Source of the DNA: Eledone cirrhosa
Lineage: Eukaryota
Assembly: GCA_964016885.1 (NCBI GenBank)
Contig: OZ024741.1
Span: 89,094,001 to 89,158,000, forward strand
Reading direction: 5' to 3'
DNA length: 64,000 bases
In this document: positions 11,713-24,460 of the stretch, piece by piece
Layout of the letters: each line of letters begins with the position of its first letter
How positions within the stretch are numbered: position 1 is the first letter of the stretch
The notes under the pieces: generated by a model
What the model saw: only the letters and a program-made list of their open reading frames with translations
Told to the model about the DNA's origin: nothing
Databases searched by the model: none
Position numbers and translations under genes: made by a program

Positions 11713-12120
11713 GAGATGACCCCTTAGCCTTTGTCAAGACAGAATTCTAGGAGAAGGAAAACTCTGATATAACACCTGCAACCCTGATGGTATCCAATGA
11801 TGTTGACTTGTTCTTCTTTTTGGTAAGTATCATCTTGGTTAAGAGAGTGGGACTGGCTTTGTGCAGTGCCTTTGCTCACTATAAAAGCTTCACGGCACAG
11901 GCATTGCTTTATATCTGGAGATCTCTCTGCACTTGTCGTCACATGGTGCCATGGGCCCAGCACTATGTGTCAATAACTGTCACAAGTGTAGTGTTTGTAC
12001 CAGAGTTTTCAAGTCGCTGGCTGGACTAAAAAGTCACACTCGTTCAGCGCATCGGTAGGGGTTCTCCTACATGGATATAAAGTAGTGGCCGTACTCGAAA
12101 ACGAGTTGGCAGCCACCATG
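11713..12120 (+). mobile_element. (TATG)n-associated retroposon, 5'-truncated near-identical copy of 8918-9324
   Basis: Near-identical sequence; ORFs 8929-9168 and 11724-11963 are almost the same. Confidence 0.8.
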
Positions 12121-12156
12121 TATGTATGTATGTATGTATGTATGTATGTATGTATG

Positions 12157-12602
12157 CATGGTCGGGTCGTCAGTGATATTTGGACACCCTGCGGGATCAA
12201 GTACAAGACCGGGCAAAGGGCGGAGGAACTCAGCTGAGTCAACGGCCATCCAAATAGTACTTTTCTTCCTCCTGAGAGTGAAAAGCCCCAGTTACTGTCA
12301 CAACACCTTTCTAAGAGAGGGTAACTGAACCCCCCCCCCCCCCCCAAAAAAAAAAACCCCTGCATCTTCGGAAACAGCCGATGATGTTGACCAGTTCTCC
12401 TTTTCGGGCAGTGTTTTCGATGCTCAGAGAGTGGGATTGGTGGAGTGCAGGGCATTTCCCCACTTAAAAACCTTCAAAGCACAGGCATTGCTTGTTCAGG
12501 ATCTGTTACAGGTTCGTGTGGCTGGCCGTAGCCTAAAGGTGCACCATTTTCTGTAATCTGTCAAGCGATTGTAATACTCTTAGCAGAGTTTGCAGCCACC
12601 AT
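12157..12602 (+). mobile_element. (TATG)n-associated retroposon, third subfamily
   Basis: Shares GGGCGGAGGAACTCAG..GAGTCAACGGCCATCC and the GCAGCCACCATGTATG terminus. Confidence 0.65.
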
Positions 12603-13230
12603 GTATGTATGTATGTCCGTGTGGTGTTGACGGACGCGAGAATGAGCACTCAATACCGATGTAGTGGTTAATAATATTCTTCATTATGGCAAGCCTTGTG
12701 ATGATACAGGTATACAGGTGAAACTCCGGAGAAACAAGACTCATCACTTAGCAATAATAAAGAATACACACACACACATACACACACACATACACACACA
12801 CATATATATATATACAGTCCACTTTGCTTCTCATTTCGGGGTCAATAAAGAAAATACCAGTCTAGTGCTAGTGTCGTCCTCTCTCCTTCCAGCTATTACA
12901 TACTGGGCCAAGGACAGGGAGCGTCGAGAGAGTATCCATGTCTGCTTGCGATTGCAAGGGCACCTAAAACACTTAGAAAAGCATGGTGCATACTACCAAG
13001 TAATACTCGATTGCAAGTAACGGTTGTAGTTTTATTTACATTTTTTTACTACAGTATTCGGCATTATAAGTGAAAACATAACAATTCAAAGTGAGAATAA
13101 CGATTTCTAAGTGACACATGTCAGATCTATGTGAGAACAGAAATTTTAAAATGAACATATAGCACTTCAAACATACACCTACTCTGACGAAACTTTTCTT
13201 TACTCACCAATAAACCTCTTACAAACAGAG

Positions 13231-13458
13231 TTAATCCTCTAGCATTTACATTACTCTATATATATTATTGTATTTTTGTGGTAAAGCTTTATCTTATATA
13301 ATTATCTCACATAATAATGAATCTATGAGATTTTGATATTATTTATTTTGAGAACAATACCTTAAAGTCGGTACGAGTAGCCAGTTATCGCCGGTTTCAA
13401 CCGAAAGAGGTGAGAGAATTCTGGCCGGATAGGGCCGGTTTAAATGCTAAAGGGTTAA
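13231..13458. mobile_element. piggyBac-type MITE
   Basis: TTAA-TCCTCTAGCATTTA...TAAATGCTAAAGGG-TTAA; second copy in the opposite orientation at 49446-49676. Confidence 0.85.
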
Positions 13459-13509
13459 TCTATTAGCAACTTAGTCACCTCACATCAAACATTTATTTCT
13501 GACAAGTTA

Positions 13510-14330
13510 CATTTTGAGGAAATTTAAAAACTGCACAAATCTTTGAAGTAGGTGTTATGTCCCAGTGTTTGATATTATCTGTGTCTGGGAAGCAAATGAA
13601 ATGGCTATTTTAACCATTTTATGAGTGGTTTAAATCTCTTAACCATCATTTATCATGTAAGCGCATTTAGTATTTGACACAAAATGTAAATTTATTGTAC
13701 AAAATCAGATTTAAAATTTTACAAACAGGTGTTAATTGCACATTAAAATAATCAGACTTCTTCCAGTCTACAAATTTAATTTACACCATGTCATGGCACC
13801 TGCCTCAAAGATCTGTTTTCCTTCAAATAAACCCTGAAAAAGGTGGACAGAGACGCCTGCGGGAATTGAAACACGCACTTGTTATATGTCAGACGGCTTC
13901 AATAACCACTACTTTTTATATACAATTTTAATTATTTCTAAAATGTGTGTCCTCAACGTGAAAAGTTTAAGAAACTGTGTATTAAGACCAGGCTTTATTT
14001 TAAGGAAATTTTAGAACTGCACAAATCTTTGAGGCAGGAGCTATGACCCAGTGTTTGTTATTCTCTGAGTCTGAGAAGTATTTGGTGGAACGTTGATTTT
14101 TTTAAATTTTATAATTTTGTCGTATGTATGGCTATACGAAACATTGTTTATTTTAATGAAATTTTAGAAGTTTACAAATCTTCGAGGCAGTTGTTTGATA
14201 ATTTTTGAGTTTCAGAAACATTTATTATGGCTATTTTAAACATTTGATGGGTGTTTAAAGTCTTAATCATCTACGCGCTTCAAATAAAAAGTAAGCTTAC
14301 TGCACAAAATTAGATTTAGAATAATACAAG
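13510..14330. repeat. Cluster of diverged repeats (GGAAATTT..CACAAATCTTTGAGGCAG..CCCAGTGTTTG)
   Basis: Three plus-strand copies (about 13510, 13995, 14150) and one inverted (about 13750-13825); related sequence at 42290-42415. Confidence 0.65.
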
Positions 14331-14390
14331 CAAGGGTCCATTAAAAATAATCAGTGACTAAGTAAAATCTTACACGTATGGGAAGGAATA

Positions 14391-14491
14391 TAGGGTGTCC
14401 CCAAAAAATGTATGCATACTTTGATTACCTGTATAGGCAATATTTATTAGAATGCTGTTGAAGTGTGTATACATTTACGGGGGCCACCCTG
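14391..14491. mobile_element. Tc1/mariner MITE
   Basis: TA-(T)AGGGTGTCCCC..ATGTAT / ATACAT..GGGGCCACCCTG-TA. Confidence 0.75.
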
Positions 14492-14939
14492 TATATATTA
14501 AGTGGTAAAAGCTTGGTTGTTCGACCATAGCTAAGCCGGGGCTGAGCGATAATAACTATGATACTAAAAGCCAGGGGAGAAAAGGAGGCCTTTACGGAAC
14601 CACTAGAAATGCTAGAAATAGTAATTAGGGCTTCTTTAATCCATACTTTGTAAAAAATGGAAACACATTGTATGTCTGAACAAAAAGAAAAACAATCCCA
14701 AAAATAAATAAATATATAATTTGAAAATATATTCTAAAATGGTTGATAATTAACTAAATTAAATCGCGTACCCTTGGAGATGGAGAAAAGTGGAGAGAGC
14801 CGCCTGAGGGGAATATATGAATTAAAATAAGTGATGGTCACAGCTAGAACCCCTTTGACCATAATATCTGTTGGATTAGAACTGTGCTGAGCTAAACAAC
14901 AACTAAGAGCAATACACACACACACACACACACACACAT

Positions 14940-15316
<377 letters not shown>

Positions 15317-15318
15317 TA

Positions 15319-15764
15319 CAGTGTTCTCCCGACATTCGCGAACCCGGTTATTCGCGGAATTTACCTTAGAACCTAACTAATACTAGAAATAAAACCCTTT
15401 TTTGTACAGTCGACTGTACAAAAAAGGGTTTTATTTCTAGTATTAACAATTGTTTCATTGATCAGGTGAGTCTAAAGGCCGCTAATCACTCGAAGTTGCG
15501 ACACTCGACCTTAAATACAGTGTTTGCCTCTGATCAAATCATTGTATTCCGAAGGGTCGTCCAATAGGCCGGCAAAAACGGTATATTGTTATTAATAATT
15601 TAGAGTAAAACATATATACATATTGCCACGAAAAAGCCATTAAAAAAATTGTGGAAGATATTTACGATTCCACGAATATTCGGTGGTTTCCACGGACAAT
15701 TATTAGTTAGGTTCTAAGGAAAATTCCGCGAATAACCGGGTCCGCGAATGTCGGGAGAACACTG
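15319..15764. mobile_element. Tc1/pogo(Tigger)-type MITE with about 63-bp TIRs
   Basis: TA-CAGTGTTCTCCCGACATTCGCG..TTAGAACCTAACTAATA and its reverse complement at 15702-15764; internal 68-bp perfect palindrome. Confidence 0.85.
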
Positions 15765-16202
15765 TTATTATTTCTTTTAAATATTTCGCTATAGTCCTTA
15801 GCTGCCAAGAAATAAGGGGGCGGGAGGATAAAAGCCAAAGTATAAAAAAATATAGAATAATATAAATAAATAAAAGATCGACAAAAGCAACAACGAAAAC
15901 ACAATAATAACGAAAACAACAACAACAACCAGGAGTTACTGAGTATACAAAAATGTGTGATGTTTTGTGTTTTGAGTTCATTTTATTTGACTATAGTATT
16001 CAAGTCATTCAATTTAGGAGTTAATGAAGTGGAAAGATGAAAAAGGTGTAACAAATCTGTTCACTTCGTTCTGTTTTCACTCATAAAATACGCAACAACA
16101 GCAGTATATTATAAAAGAGAGTTATATAACAATTTTTAACCATCCCATACACACAATGATCTATGTACCTAATCTATCTATCTTTGTATTTAGCATTTGT
16201 TC

Positions 16203-16292
<90 letters not shown>

Positions 16293-16389
16293 CTATCTAT
16301 TTATCTATCTATCTATATTTGTCTAGCTATCTATCTCTTTGTATCTAACAATTTCCTGATTTAAATACATATCTATCTATCTATCTAAG

Positions 16390-17046
16390 ATCTGTTCGAG
16401 ATGCGTGCGAGACGAAGAAACCGTCGCGCACGCATTCGTACACTGCCCGGGCGTTACCGACCTGTGGGGCTATGTAGAACGACTATTGTCGCGGGTGGGA
16501 CCAATCCAGTTGACCACCGAGTCCATTGTCATGATCAAACCGCCACCCTCCTTCAAAAACGAAGGAGAGGCGGTTTTCCTTTGTGTGATAGCTATGGCGA
16601 AAGAGGTTGTATGGTGGACGAGGTTAAAACGCCTGAGGTCAGACACCTTTCTCTCCGGCGAACAACTGATTCTTTTTTTCAAATACCACTTTGGAAGAAG
16701 AATCAGGATGAAGAGAGAGGTGCTAACCCAGCAAGTTTTATGAAAGGTGGGTGAAAGTGGCGAGAATGGCCCGAGTGAATGGGCCTTCTCTCTATATCAG
16801 CTTGTAGGTTGAGGAAAAAGAGGAGGAGAGGAAAGGAGTACAAACTCTTCGTACTCCTGGAGATGAGGGTTGCACATTTTTTTTTCGGGGGTATGTGTTA
16901 CCCATATAAACTGTCTCTCCCTATTGGGGAAAATCGACTAATTTTTAAATTGCATTTGTGATAATATTTTACACGTTTTTATTGTATGTAAACTTCCCCC
17001 TTTGTATTTGTCCCCTTCTTTTGTGCCCCTGTGGCTAATAAAGAAA
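16390..17046 (+). mobile_element. Tx1/L1-clade LINE 3' end (zinc knuckle and 3' UTR) in (TATC)n
   Basis: CSRCVRDEETVAHAFVHCP..LW..AMAKEVVWWTR; ends GGCTAATAAAGAAA then TATC repeats. Confidence 0.85.
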
Positions 17047-17048
17047 TA

Positions 17049-17106
<58 letters not shown>

Positions 17107-18035
17107 CCTATCTATCTACCTATCTATCTAAATATCTATCTAAATATCTATCTATCTCTTTATCTATCTATCTATCTGTTTACCTATCTACCTATCTATC
17201 AATGTATCACTCTGTCTATCCCTATCAATGTAACTATTCTATTCTATATCCTATCTATAACTAGTTTCCTCTTTGTGTCAACTAACCGGCTGTCCCAGTT
17301 ATTGCTTCCATTTATACGTGTCTAACTTTAAAAGACGGACACGAAATGCAAAAAGGAGTCTATCAAATTTCTTAACTTTTTTACTGTGACTCATAACAAC
17401 GCAGCTATCCATTCATTTATCCATTCATTCATCCATTCATTCACAGATTTATAATATATTTGAATCATCTACGATTCATTGGCTGGACTATTTCTTAAAT
17501 CAATTGAATGCATGTACATTTATATAAGGGTTGGGGTTGTGTATTTAATGTATTTAATGTATATACACCCTTCTGCATCAAAAACGTTTTTATGTATATA
17601 TTTTTTTCTTTACGCTGTATGGTTTAACTAATAGCTGGGTTTGTCATTCAGCCATTCCGATCAGCAGATCCTGATGTAATCGTAAAAAGCACCTAACGTT
17701 TCGTGTATTTCCATTATAGATGTGGTATCTCGTGGATGGTTCAATGAAAAACATAAGAAGGCCGGATTTCAATAACTTCCATTATTATTACATAATACAT
17801 ATTTCCGTGGCCGATTAATTTAGGTCATCAGACCATGACACAAAACAATCGGTAACGTCATCAGATAGTATGAACATTACAGATTTAGTTAAGTAATCTT
17901 TACTGGGGCACAGAAAAATATTAACTAAGAATTAATGATGCAAAGGCAGTCAAGATTACCATATTCTCGTTAACAAAGTATTGCCTTCCGGAGACATAAT
18001 TTAATCATACTTTTAGTTTTCAACATAAGTCTGAT

Positions 18036-18215
18036 TGGCAGTATCGGTAAAGAGTTGGACGCCATGCTTTCTAGCGTAGTTACGTCCTTTTACGGTCTGA
18101 GTTCAAATCCCGTCGAGGTTAACTTTGCCTTTCATCCTTACGGGGTCGATAAAATAAAGTACCAGTAATGTACTGGGTAAATTGCTGGCTTTGTGCCAAA
18201 AGTAGAAACAATTAT
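18036..18215 (+). mobile_element. tRNA-type SINE (abundant family)
   Basis: GAGTTCAAATCC B-box-like motif plus AACTTTGCCTTTCATCCTTACGGGGTCGATAAAATAAAGTACCAG; more than 15 copies, e.g. 18372, 18885-19092, 29780-30200, 35878-36050, 37515-37650, 38336-38685, 41158-41347, 42515-42660, 45925-46060, 49885, 50722-50910, 54710-54888, 60575-60700. Confidence 0.85.
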
Positions 18216-19254
18216 CTATTAATAAATTTAATAAATCACTTAGTAAATCATACAGTAAGTACTTTATAAACATGCAAGTATCTTTAGAGTGATGGCCCAA
18301 ACCCTGAAACATTATTTTTATCTCTACTTGGATCTAGAGTAGGTATTGTAAATATCTATATCCTTATACAGAGGCGGCAAATTGGTAGAGTTGTTAGAAC
18401 GCCGAATAGAAGGCTTTGTGGTATTCATTTCGGATCTCGGAGGTCAACTTTGCTTTTCATCCATTGAAAGTCGATAAAAAAAAGTACCAGTCTAGTACTG
18501 GTGTCGATTCTTTCTCTGTGTTTCTTTCTCACTTCCATTCTCTCACTCTCTATCCTTCTCTGGAAGAAATATGCTGTATTCAGACCTGGAAAGGAGACTG
18601 GGGGCGCCATCAGGTTTTAAAATGCTTTAGAAATGCCGTTTGTCAATGTGGTGCCTCTACGACTCCAACAGGAGTTACGTGACCATGAAATACATGCATA
18701 TCCTTATAATTTTTATACTTTTTGGCTGTAGAGTAGGTATTGTATACATCTATATCTTTATATATTTATAATTTTAGTCGATTATCTTTCTGTCTTCAAG
18801 TGATAATATCTATGTCCAACAGTATGTACACTCACATCAGTAGGGAACGTTTATCTATATATCTTTATGTCTTTTATAATAACGGTTTTTGATTTAGGCA
18901 CAAGGCCAGCAATTTGGGGGAGGGGGAAAGTCGATTAAATTGACTCGTTTGTTACCGGTACTTTATTTATGTAGGGATGAAAGGCAAAGCTAACATCGGC
19001 GGGATTTGAACTCAAAACGCAAGGGGGGGGGGGGGGCAACACTATGCTGCGAGCATGGTGTCCAACGCTCTAACAATACTGCCAATGCACCGCTCTTTCG
19101 TCTTTTATAATAAGGAAAGGGTAACTACGTGTTTATGAACACTTTACCAATATTGGTATACTTCGGAAAAATTAATGTGTGCATTTGTGTATTGAATGCT
19201 TCGCTGACATTATTGTTGTGTTTATACAATTTCCTGCACTTGATATGTTGTGTT

Positions 19255-19300
<46 letters not shown>

Positions 19301-19332
19301 TATACATATATATATATATATATATAATATTA

Positions 19333-19587
19333 TAATGAAATGACAGGAGGCTGGATTTGTGTAAATCCTTGAAAGGTTTATTGTACTATGATCATTTCAA
19401 TGACCGGGTTCCGTATGAATCCGGTGATATCATCAGGTATTCGAAATATAATACGTGAATGTAATAGATAAAATCCATGGGGCTGAAAATCGAGGACCCG
19501 TGGGCGACCACTATCCAGCACCTTCTACCTTAGCCGGTCACCCTCGAGAATAGACCAGTTCTATCCAGTGGTGAACCTCAAACCTGA

Positions 19588-19590
<3 letters not shown>
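19333..19590. mobile_element. Mini fold-back derivative of family E (inverted pLTR with HHR at 19383-19440, plus short tail)
   Basis: 19333-19545 matches 24461-24673; 19548-19590 matches the tail at 27379-27420; (TA)n flanks. Confidence 0.85.
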
Positions 19591-19656
<66 letters not shown>

Positions 19657-20029
19657 TGGGCGTGTCTTAAATATCAGGGTTTTCACGTTTGTGTGTCTAT
19701 TGCTTAAGGAAATCTTTTAAACAGCTAAATGATATCGTCTGTACCCAGTATGTTTTTTTTTATCTTGGCGTATGTTTCTTTTACTTCAACAATGGCAGAA
19801 TTAGTAAATGCACACCACTATTTGCCAACACTGAATTGGTAAACGTGTATTTTATATTTTATACTTTGTAAATTACTAGTACAATTTACTCCCATATGAG
19901 TAATTTGTTTGCATTTATTTACTACATTCAATGAAATAAACTGTGTATTATTTATCAGTAATTCTTAAACAAAACCTCGAAGTCATTGAGCTCACCAAGG
20001 TTTTTTTTATACTTAGCAATTATTTGTCT

Positions 20030-20780
20030 AGCCCTAAGTTGTATTTCCTCGAAGTAGTCCCTCCTACAAATTCTCGTCGTCACTTTCTGCGAGTGCAAAG
20101 TTCTTGGGGGAGTAGATTGATGCCCTGCCTGTGGTCAACATTGGCTTGTCAGTCAGGACGAACTCCGCATCTCCATTGCACTTCGAGTGGGAAAAGATGT
20201 CTGTGGGGGTCTTAGATGTCACTATGGAAGGTCCATATATGGTTTGTCCTGCCGCCTGAGTGATGGTCGTTTCGCCCGCCGAATCGAGCTGACCTAGCAC
20301 GGGTAAATATCCCCTCAGTTCTGGAGATGGATGGCTTATCCAGAAGTGATGGAAAGAGACCAGACAGCCTTACCTTTTGTCTCTGGGTAAGAGGTAGGTG
20401 TCTCATCCGGAACTCCACAGTCAGTAATTCTTTCGCTCCCTCCCAGATCATGGATGCCGCGGTAAATGTGGGGGTCACTGCTTCCGTTGCCGAATGGAAT
20501 AAAATTCGGAAACACCTGGATTTATCTAATAATTATTTTCTCTAGCCTGTGGCGTTCGAGACATTTTGTGGAGTTGGGCCGCTGACAGGGAAGTGCTTGT
20601 CATCGCTGGCGGCTCGCCTTACTGAGGTGTCAGATGATACCCGTGAGGGTGCCTGGCTGTTTCTGAACTTTAGCCTCGCCATCACCCGTGGGGGTGTCTG
20701 GCTGTTTCTGCGCCTTAGTCTCACCATCACCCGTGGTAATGCTGCGAGCGTATTGGCTTGCCTCAAAATATTCTGTTAAC
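20030..20780 (+). mobile_element. CRE/NeSL-type RLE non-LTR retrotransposon 3' fragment
   Basis: DALPVVNIGL..ELRISIALRVG..YGLSCRLSDGRFAR..IPSVLE..DGKRPD..AEWNK..PVAFETF..REGAWLF..LTITRGNAASVL. Confidence 0.85.
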
Positions 20781-21349
20781 CTTTCTGATGTGCGGCCGAT
20801 TGTCGCACTTGGTGGCAAATTGATGGTTGTTTTCGTTTTTGTTTTTGCTTCCCCCCCTTATTTTTGTTTTTTGTTTTTTGTTTTTTTTCTTTCTCACGCT
20901 CTGGTTATATATTTTGGTGCGTTGTTTTTATGAGGTTTCTGCAATAGTTAATTGTATTAGTTATATGTGTTTATATTTCTGTTTACCAACAACCTTATAT
21001 TTGTAATGTTATTCTGAAAGAACTGTGAGTAGTTTATTTAGATGTCGGTTGATTAAACAGTTACGTATATATATTTACATCATAGTAGATAGGAATAAAA
21101 CTACATACTAAGATATGAAGATAAAACCAATTAGTTTACCGTAACAGCCAATTTCATACCACTCTTGTATCTTCAGCGACATTATAAAGTACAAAACTGT
21201 TATGAGTTTTCATAGTGTTGCTGTGATGTTCCGATATTTTTCTCCCGATCTAAATGTTTGTATATTATAATATCTCTGAAAATACAAGTGTGATGTAAAA
21301 TTGGTGGGTAAGGTAAATTAATCGATGTTATGCTAAGATCTTATATATT

Positions 21350-21858
21350 ACTAGCTGAGGTACCCGGCTTCGCCCGGGAGAACAGTTAAGAGAAGACGGA
21401 TAACAGAGAAAACGACTGTATTGGATGTGGTGTCTGCTTAAGGTGCGACCGTAATGTGTGAGTGTGTATGAAAAAGACAAAAAAAAAAAAACAATCATAA
21501 AACTTCTTTATTAGGCTGGAGTAGTAAACTGCTGATTAAATGGTTGCATTGGCCTTGGATTCTAAATGTTGTGAAATAACTATAGTCAGTATGATCTTTT
21601 TCAGCTCCAACATCTGAAACACAGGAATATACCGCATAACATTGCTTCTGAAGTGTTGCTTCGTTAATATGGTCTGTAAGTAGTATATGGATAAAAGCTG
21701 GAGGGTAAATTAATTTCTAATAGTATTAATTTTTCTTTGTTCTATAAAATCAAAGACTGTAAAACGAATTTATAAAAGCTAACGCAATATTGTTAAACCT
21801 TCCTATAGATCAAAGGATATATAATTTAAGCCGTTTCTGAACTTTCGTGGGACGTTAC
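21350..21858 (-). mobile_element. Probable non-autonomous Helitron
   Basis: A-CTAG terminus with GC hairpin CCCGGCTTCGCCCGGG; other end uncertain. Confidence 0.55.
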
Positions 21859-22079
21859 TCTCTCTCTCTTTCTCTCTCTCTCTCTGAATATCTAACACTT
21901 TAATTGTATCTCTCTCTGTATAACTGCCTCTCTCTATGTGTCTCTCTCTTTAGATGTGTGTGTGTGTGTGTAAAGCTGGGAATGTTGAACCCCTGATTAC
22001 GGAGTCACCAGATGAAACGAAAAAGGAAAGTATATATATATATAGAGAGAGAGAGAGGGGGGGGGCTATAGATATGTAT

Positions 22080-22325
22080 GTAGCTGAGCATTACACAGAC
22101 ACGTGCACGCTTAACGTAGTTCCCGTGGAGATTCAGTGTGATACAGTAACAAGTTTGGTAACTTTAATTACAGGTACAACTCATTTTTGCCAGCTGCGTG
22201 TACGGGAGCAAAGTAAAATAAAGTGTCTCACTAAAGGACATAAAGCGCCGGCCGGTCCGAGAGTCGAACTCATGGCCTTTCAATTTAAAGCTCAGTACGC
22301 AAACCACTAAATCACGCGCCTTCAC
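22080..22325 (-). mobile_element. Second tRNA-type SINE family
   Basis: Head GTGAAGGCGCGTG..TAGTGGTT with central TTGTGTCYTTGAGCAAG-like domain; relatives at 28154-28440, 39657-39930, 42859-43170, 46385-46517 and 4244-4395. Confidence 0.75.
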
Positions 22326-22441
22326 CATATGTATATTTGTACAGCAAAACATGTTAAATACATACACACACATATATATATATATTTAATATAAATCTTT
22401 AGTTATATAAATATATGAGCGGTGTGTGTGTGTATACGTGA

Positions 22442-22503
<62 letters not shown>

Positions 22504-23012
22504 GTATATGTATGTATGTATGTATGTGGGTGCATATAATATATATATATACATACATGTACGGATACATCTATTTTATTCACAATGATTATGTATTCAC
22601 GCCCGTTCTTTCATTCTCTGTATTTAGCTGTAGTGACCGCGATACATATAGAATTTATCTCTATTGTCATTTTAAAAGGAGCAAGAACCAATGTAATATC
22701 GTACCATCTCAAATCCCACTAACTACCCACCACCCATAATTGAATGTCATCGAGTATATAGGCCGAGGATTTCCACTGATTGTGTGTGCACACACACTCA
22801 CACACAAGGACTTACACACTGACGCAAACATATATACACAGACTTACAAATATATATCTATATATATGTATGTATGTGTGTGTGTATATATATATATATA
22901 TAATTATTCATTTGATCAAATAATTTTCCGACTTTTTCGTAAACAGATGTAAATCACTCAACGATTTGTATTCCTTAGGTTTTTCTCTCTAAGGTATCAG
23001 CCGGAGTTTTAA

Positions 23013-23370
23013 TATAATAAATAAGAGAGATGGTTTTATACGTACATCCTCATTTTATTATCTAATTCCATGATACGTATTTCAAAGGTTCAAGGGTGGT
23101 TATATAATAACCCCCTAGCATGTTTTCTTCAGATGGATTGAGAGCTGTTTTCCTATACATTGATATGTTTCTGGTTTAACGCGGACAGCGATGTTAACAC
23201 CACGTTAAACCAGAAACATATCAATGTATAGGAAAACAGCTCTCAATCCATCTGAAGAAAACATGCTAGGGGTTTAATATATAACCTCACTTGCACCTTT
23301 GAAATACGTATAATGGAATTAGTTAATAAAATGAGGATGTACGTATAAAACCGTCTCTCTTATTTTATAT
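23013..23370. mobile_element. Fold-back element (family F) with two oppositely oriented HHRs (23067-23137 minus; 23247-23317 plus)
   Basis: About 170-bp inverted arms; TCCAT-CTGAAGA..GAAA-tacgta-TA-ATGGA with palindromic stem III. Confidence 0.85.
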
Positions 23371-23447
23371 ATATATATAATATAAAACGAAAAATCAGTG
23401 ATGCATCTGGACTCTGTTTATTGTGTGGAAGCATCATAGCTACCATT

Positions 23448-23545
<98 letters not shown>

Positions 23546-23582
23546 GTTTATTCCGGGTTCAATTGGGAGTAACCACAGAAAG

Positions 23583-23634
23583 GGCTTTCCTGATGATTTC
23601 CTTCGAATGAAACAGTTCTAGTCCTGTAGAAGCC
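23583..23634 (+). ncRNA. Compact hammerhead ribozyme, type I (family G)
   Basis: GGCTTTC-CTGATGA-t-ttc(cttc)gaa-t-GAAA-cag(ttctagtc)ctg-TA-GAAGCC inside a roughly 100-bp insert between TA arrays. Confidence 0.8.
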
Positions 23635-23647
23635 ATTTCTCTCTCTC

Positions 23648-23690
<43 letters not shown>

Positions 23691-24460
23691 CACACACGCG
23701 CACATTTATATATTCTTCTACACATCAGTTACCGGCACTAAAACAAAGTTCCTCCCTCAGCTCACCCTGTCCAACATTGTCATGTGAACTTCTCTTGCCT
23801 TAAGCACAGTGTCATCTCCGAGGTCTTTCTTCGGTGTGATGTTTAATCTCCAACCTTGGCTGCATACATCAGGTTTCCAGTGAAGAATGCCGCCAGCAGA
23901 TTCATTGTAACGTGTCACATGTACGGCAAATGCAAGCCCCCGTCGATTTATGATGTCAGCAAGGTGATGATGTGAACCATAGGGCGATTTATTTGTTACA
24001 TGTGCTTTCCAAGAGATGCTCGACCTTTCTCAGCATTTGCGTGAATGTGCTATTAATCCTCTATTTGTGTATTTTTGGTAATGTTCATGACTTAAACCCG
24101 TTGAGGAAAATAGACTCAATCTATGCCGTATCTCACGACGCCGCCCCCCCCTACACCATACTCAGGTGTTACGGGTTCATTTATACATATTCAGATAAAA
24201 TATTCAATAGTATCTGTATTACGTTCAGCATCCGCATTCTGTACATTGACATGTTAATCTGACAAAAATCCGTTATTAGCCGTTGCTAACTATTATATTA
24301 CCGTGAAGTGTTGGGTTTAGATTACTCCAGAATCGAAAAGGAAGAAGTTTGATTGGTCGATCTATAAGGAGCCGGTTATATGTTAGATTTATAACTATAG
24401 TAGTAGTGGGAGGGACTATAGCAACAGCAGAGGCGAATGTAATATATATATATATATATA

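Noticed and set aside
21138-21180. Minus-strand CTGAAGA...GAAA hammerhead candidate
   Set aside because: Stem III does not pair and stem I relies on G-U pairs; not counted
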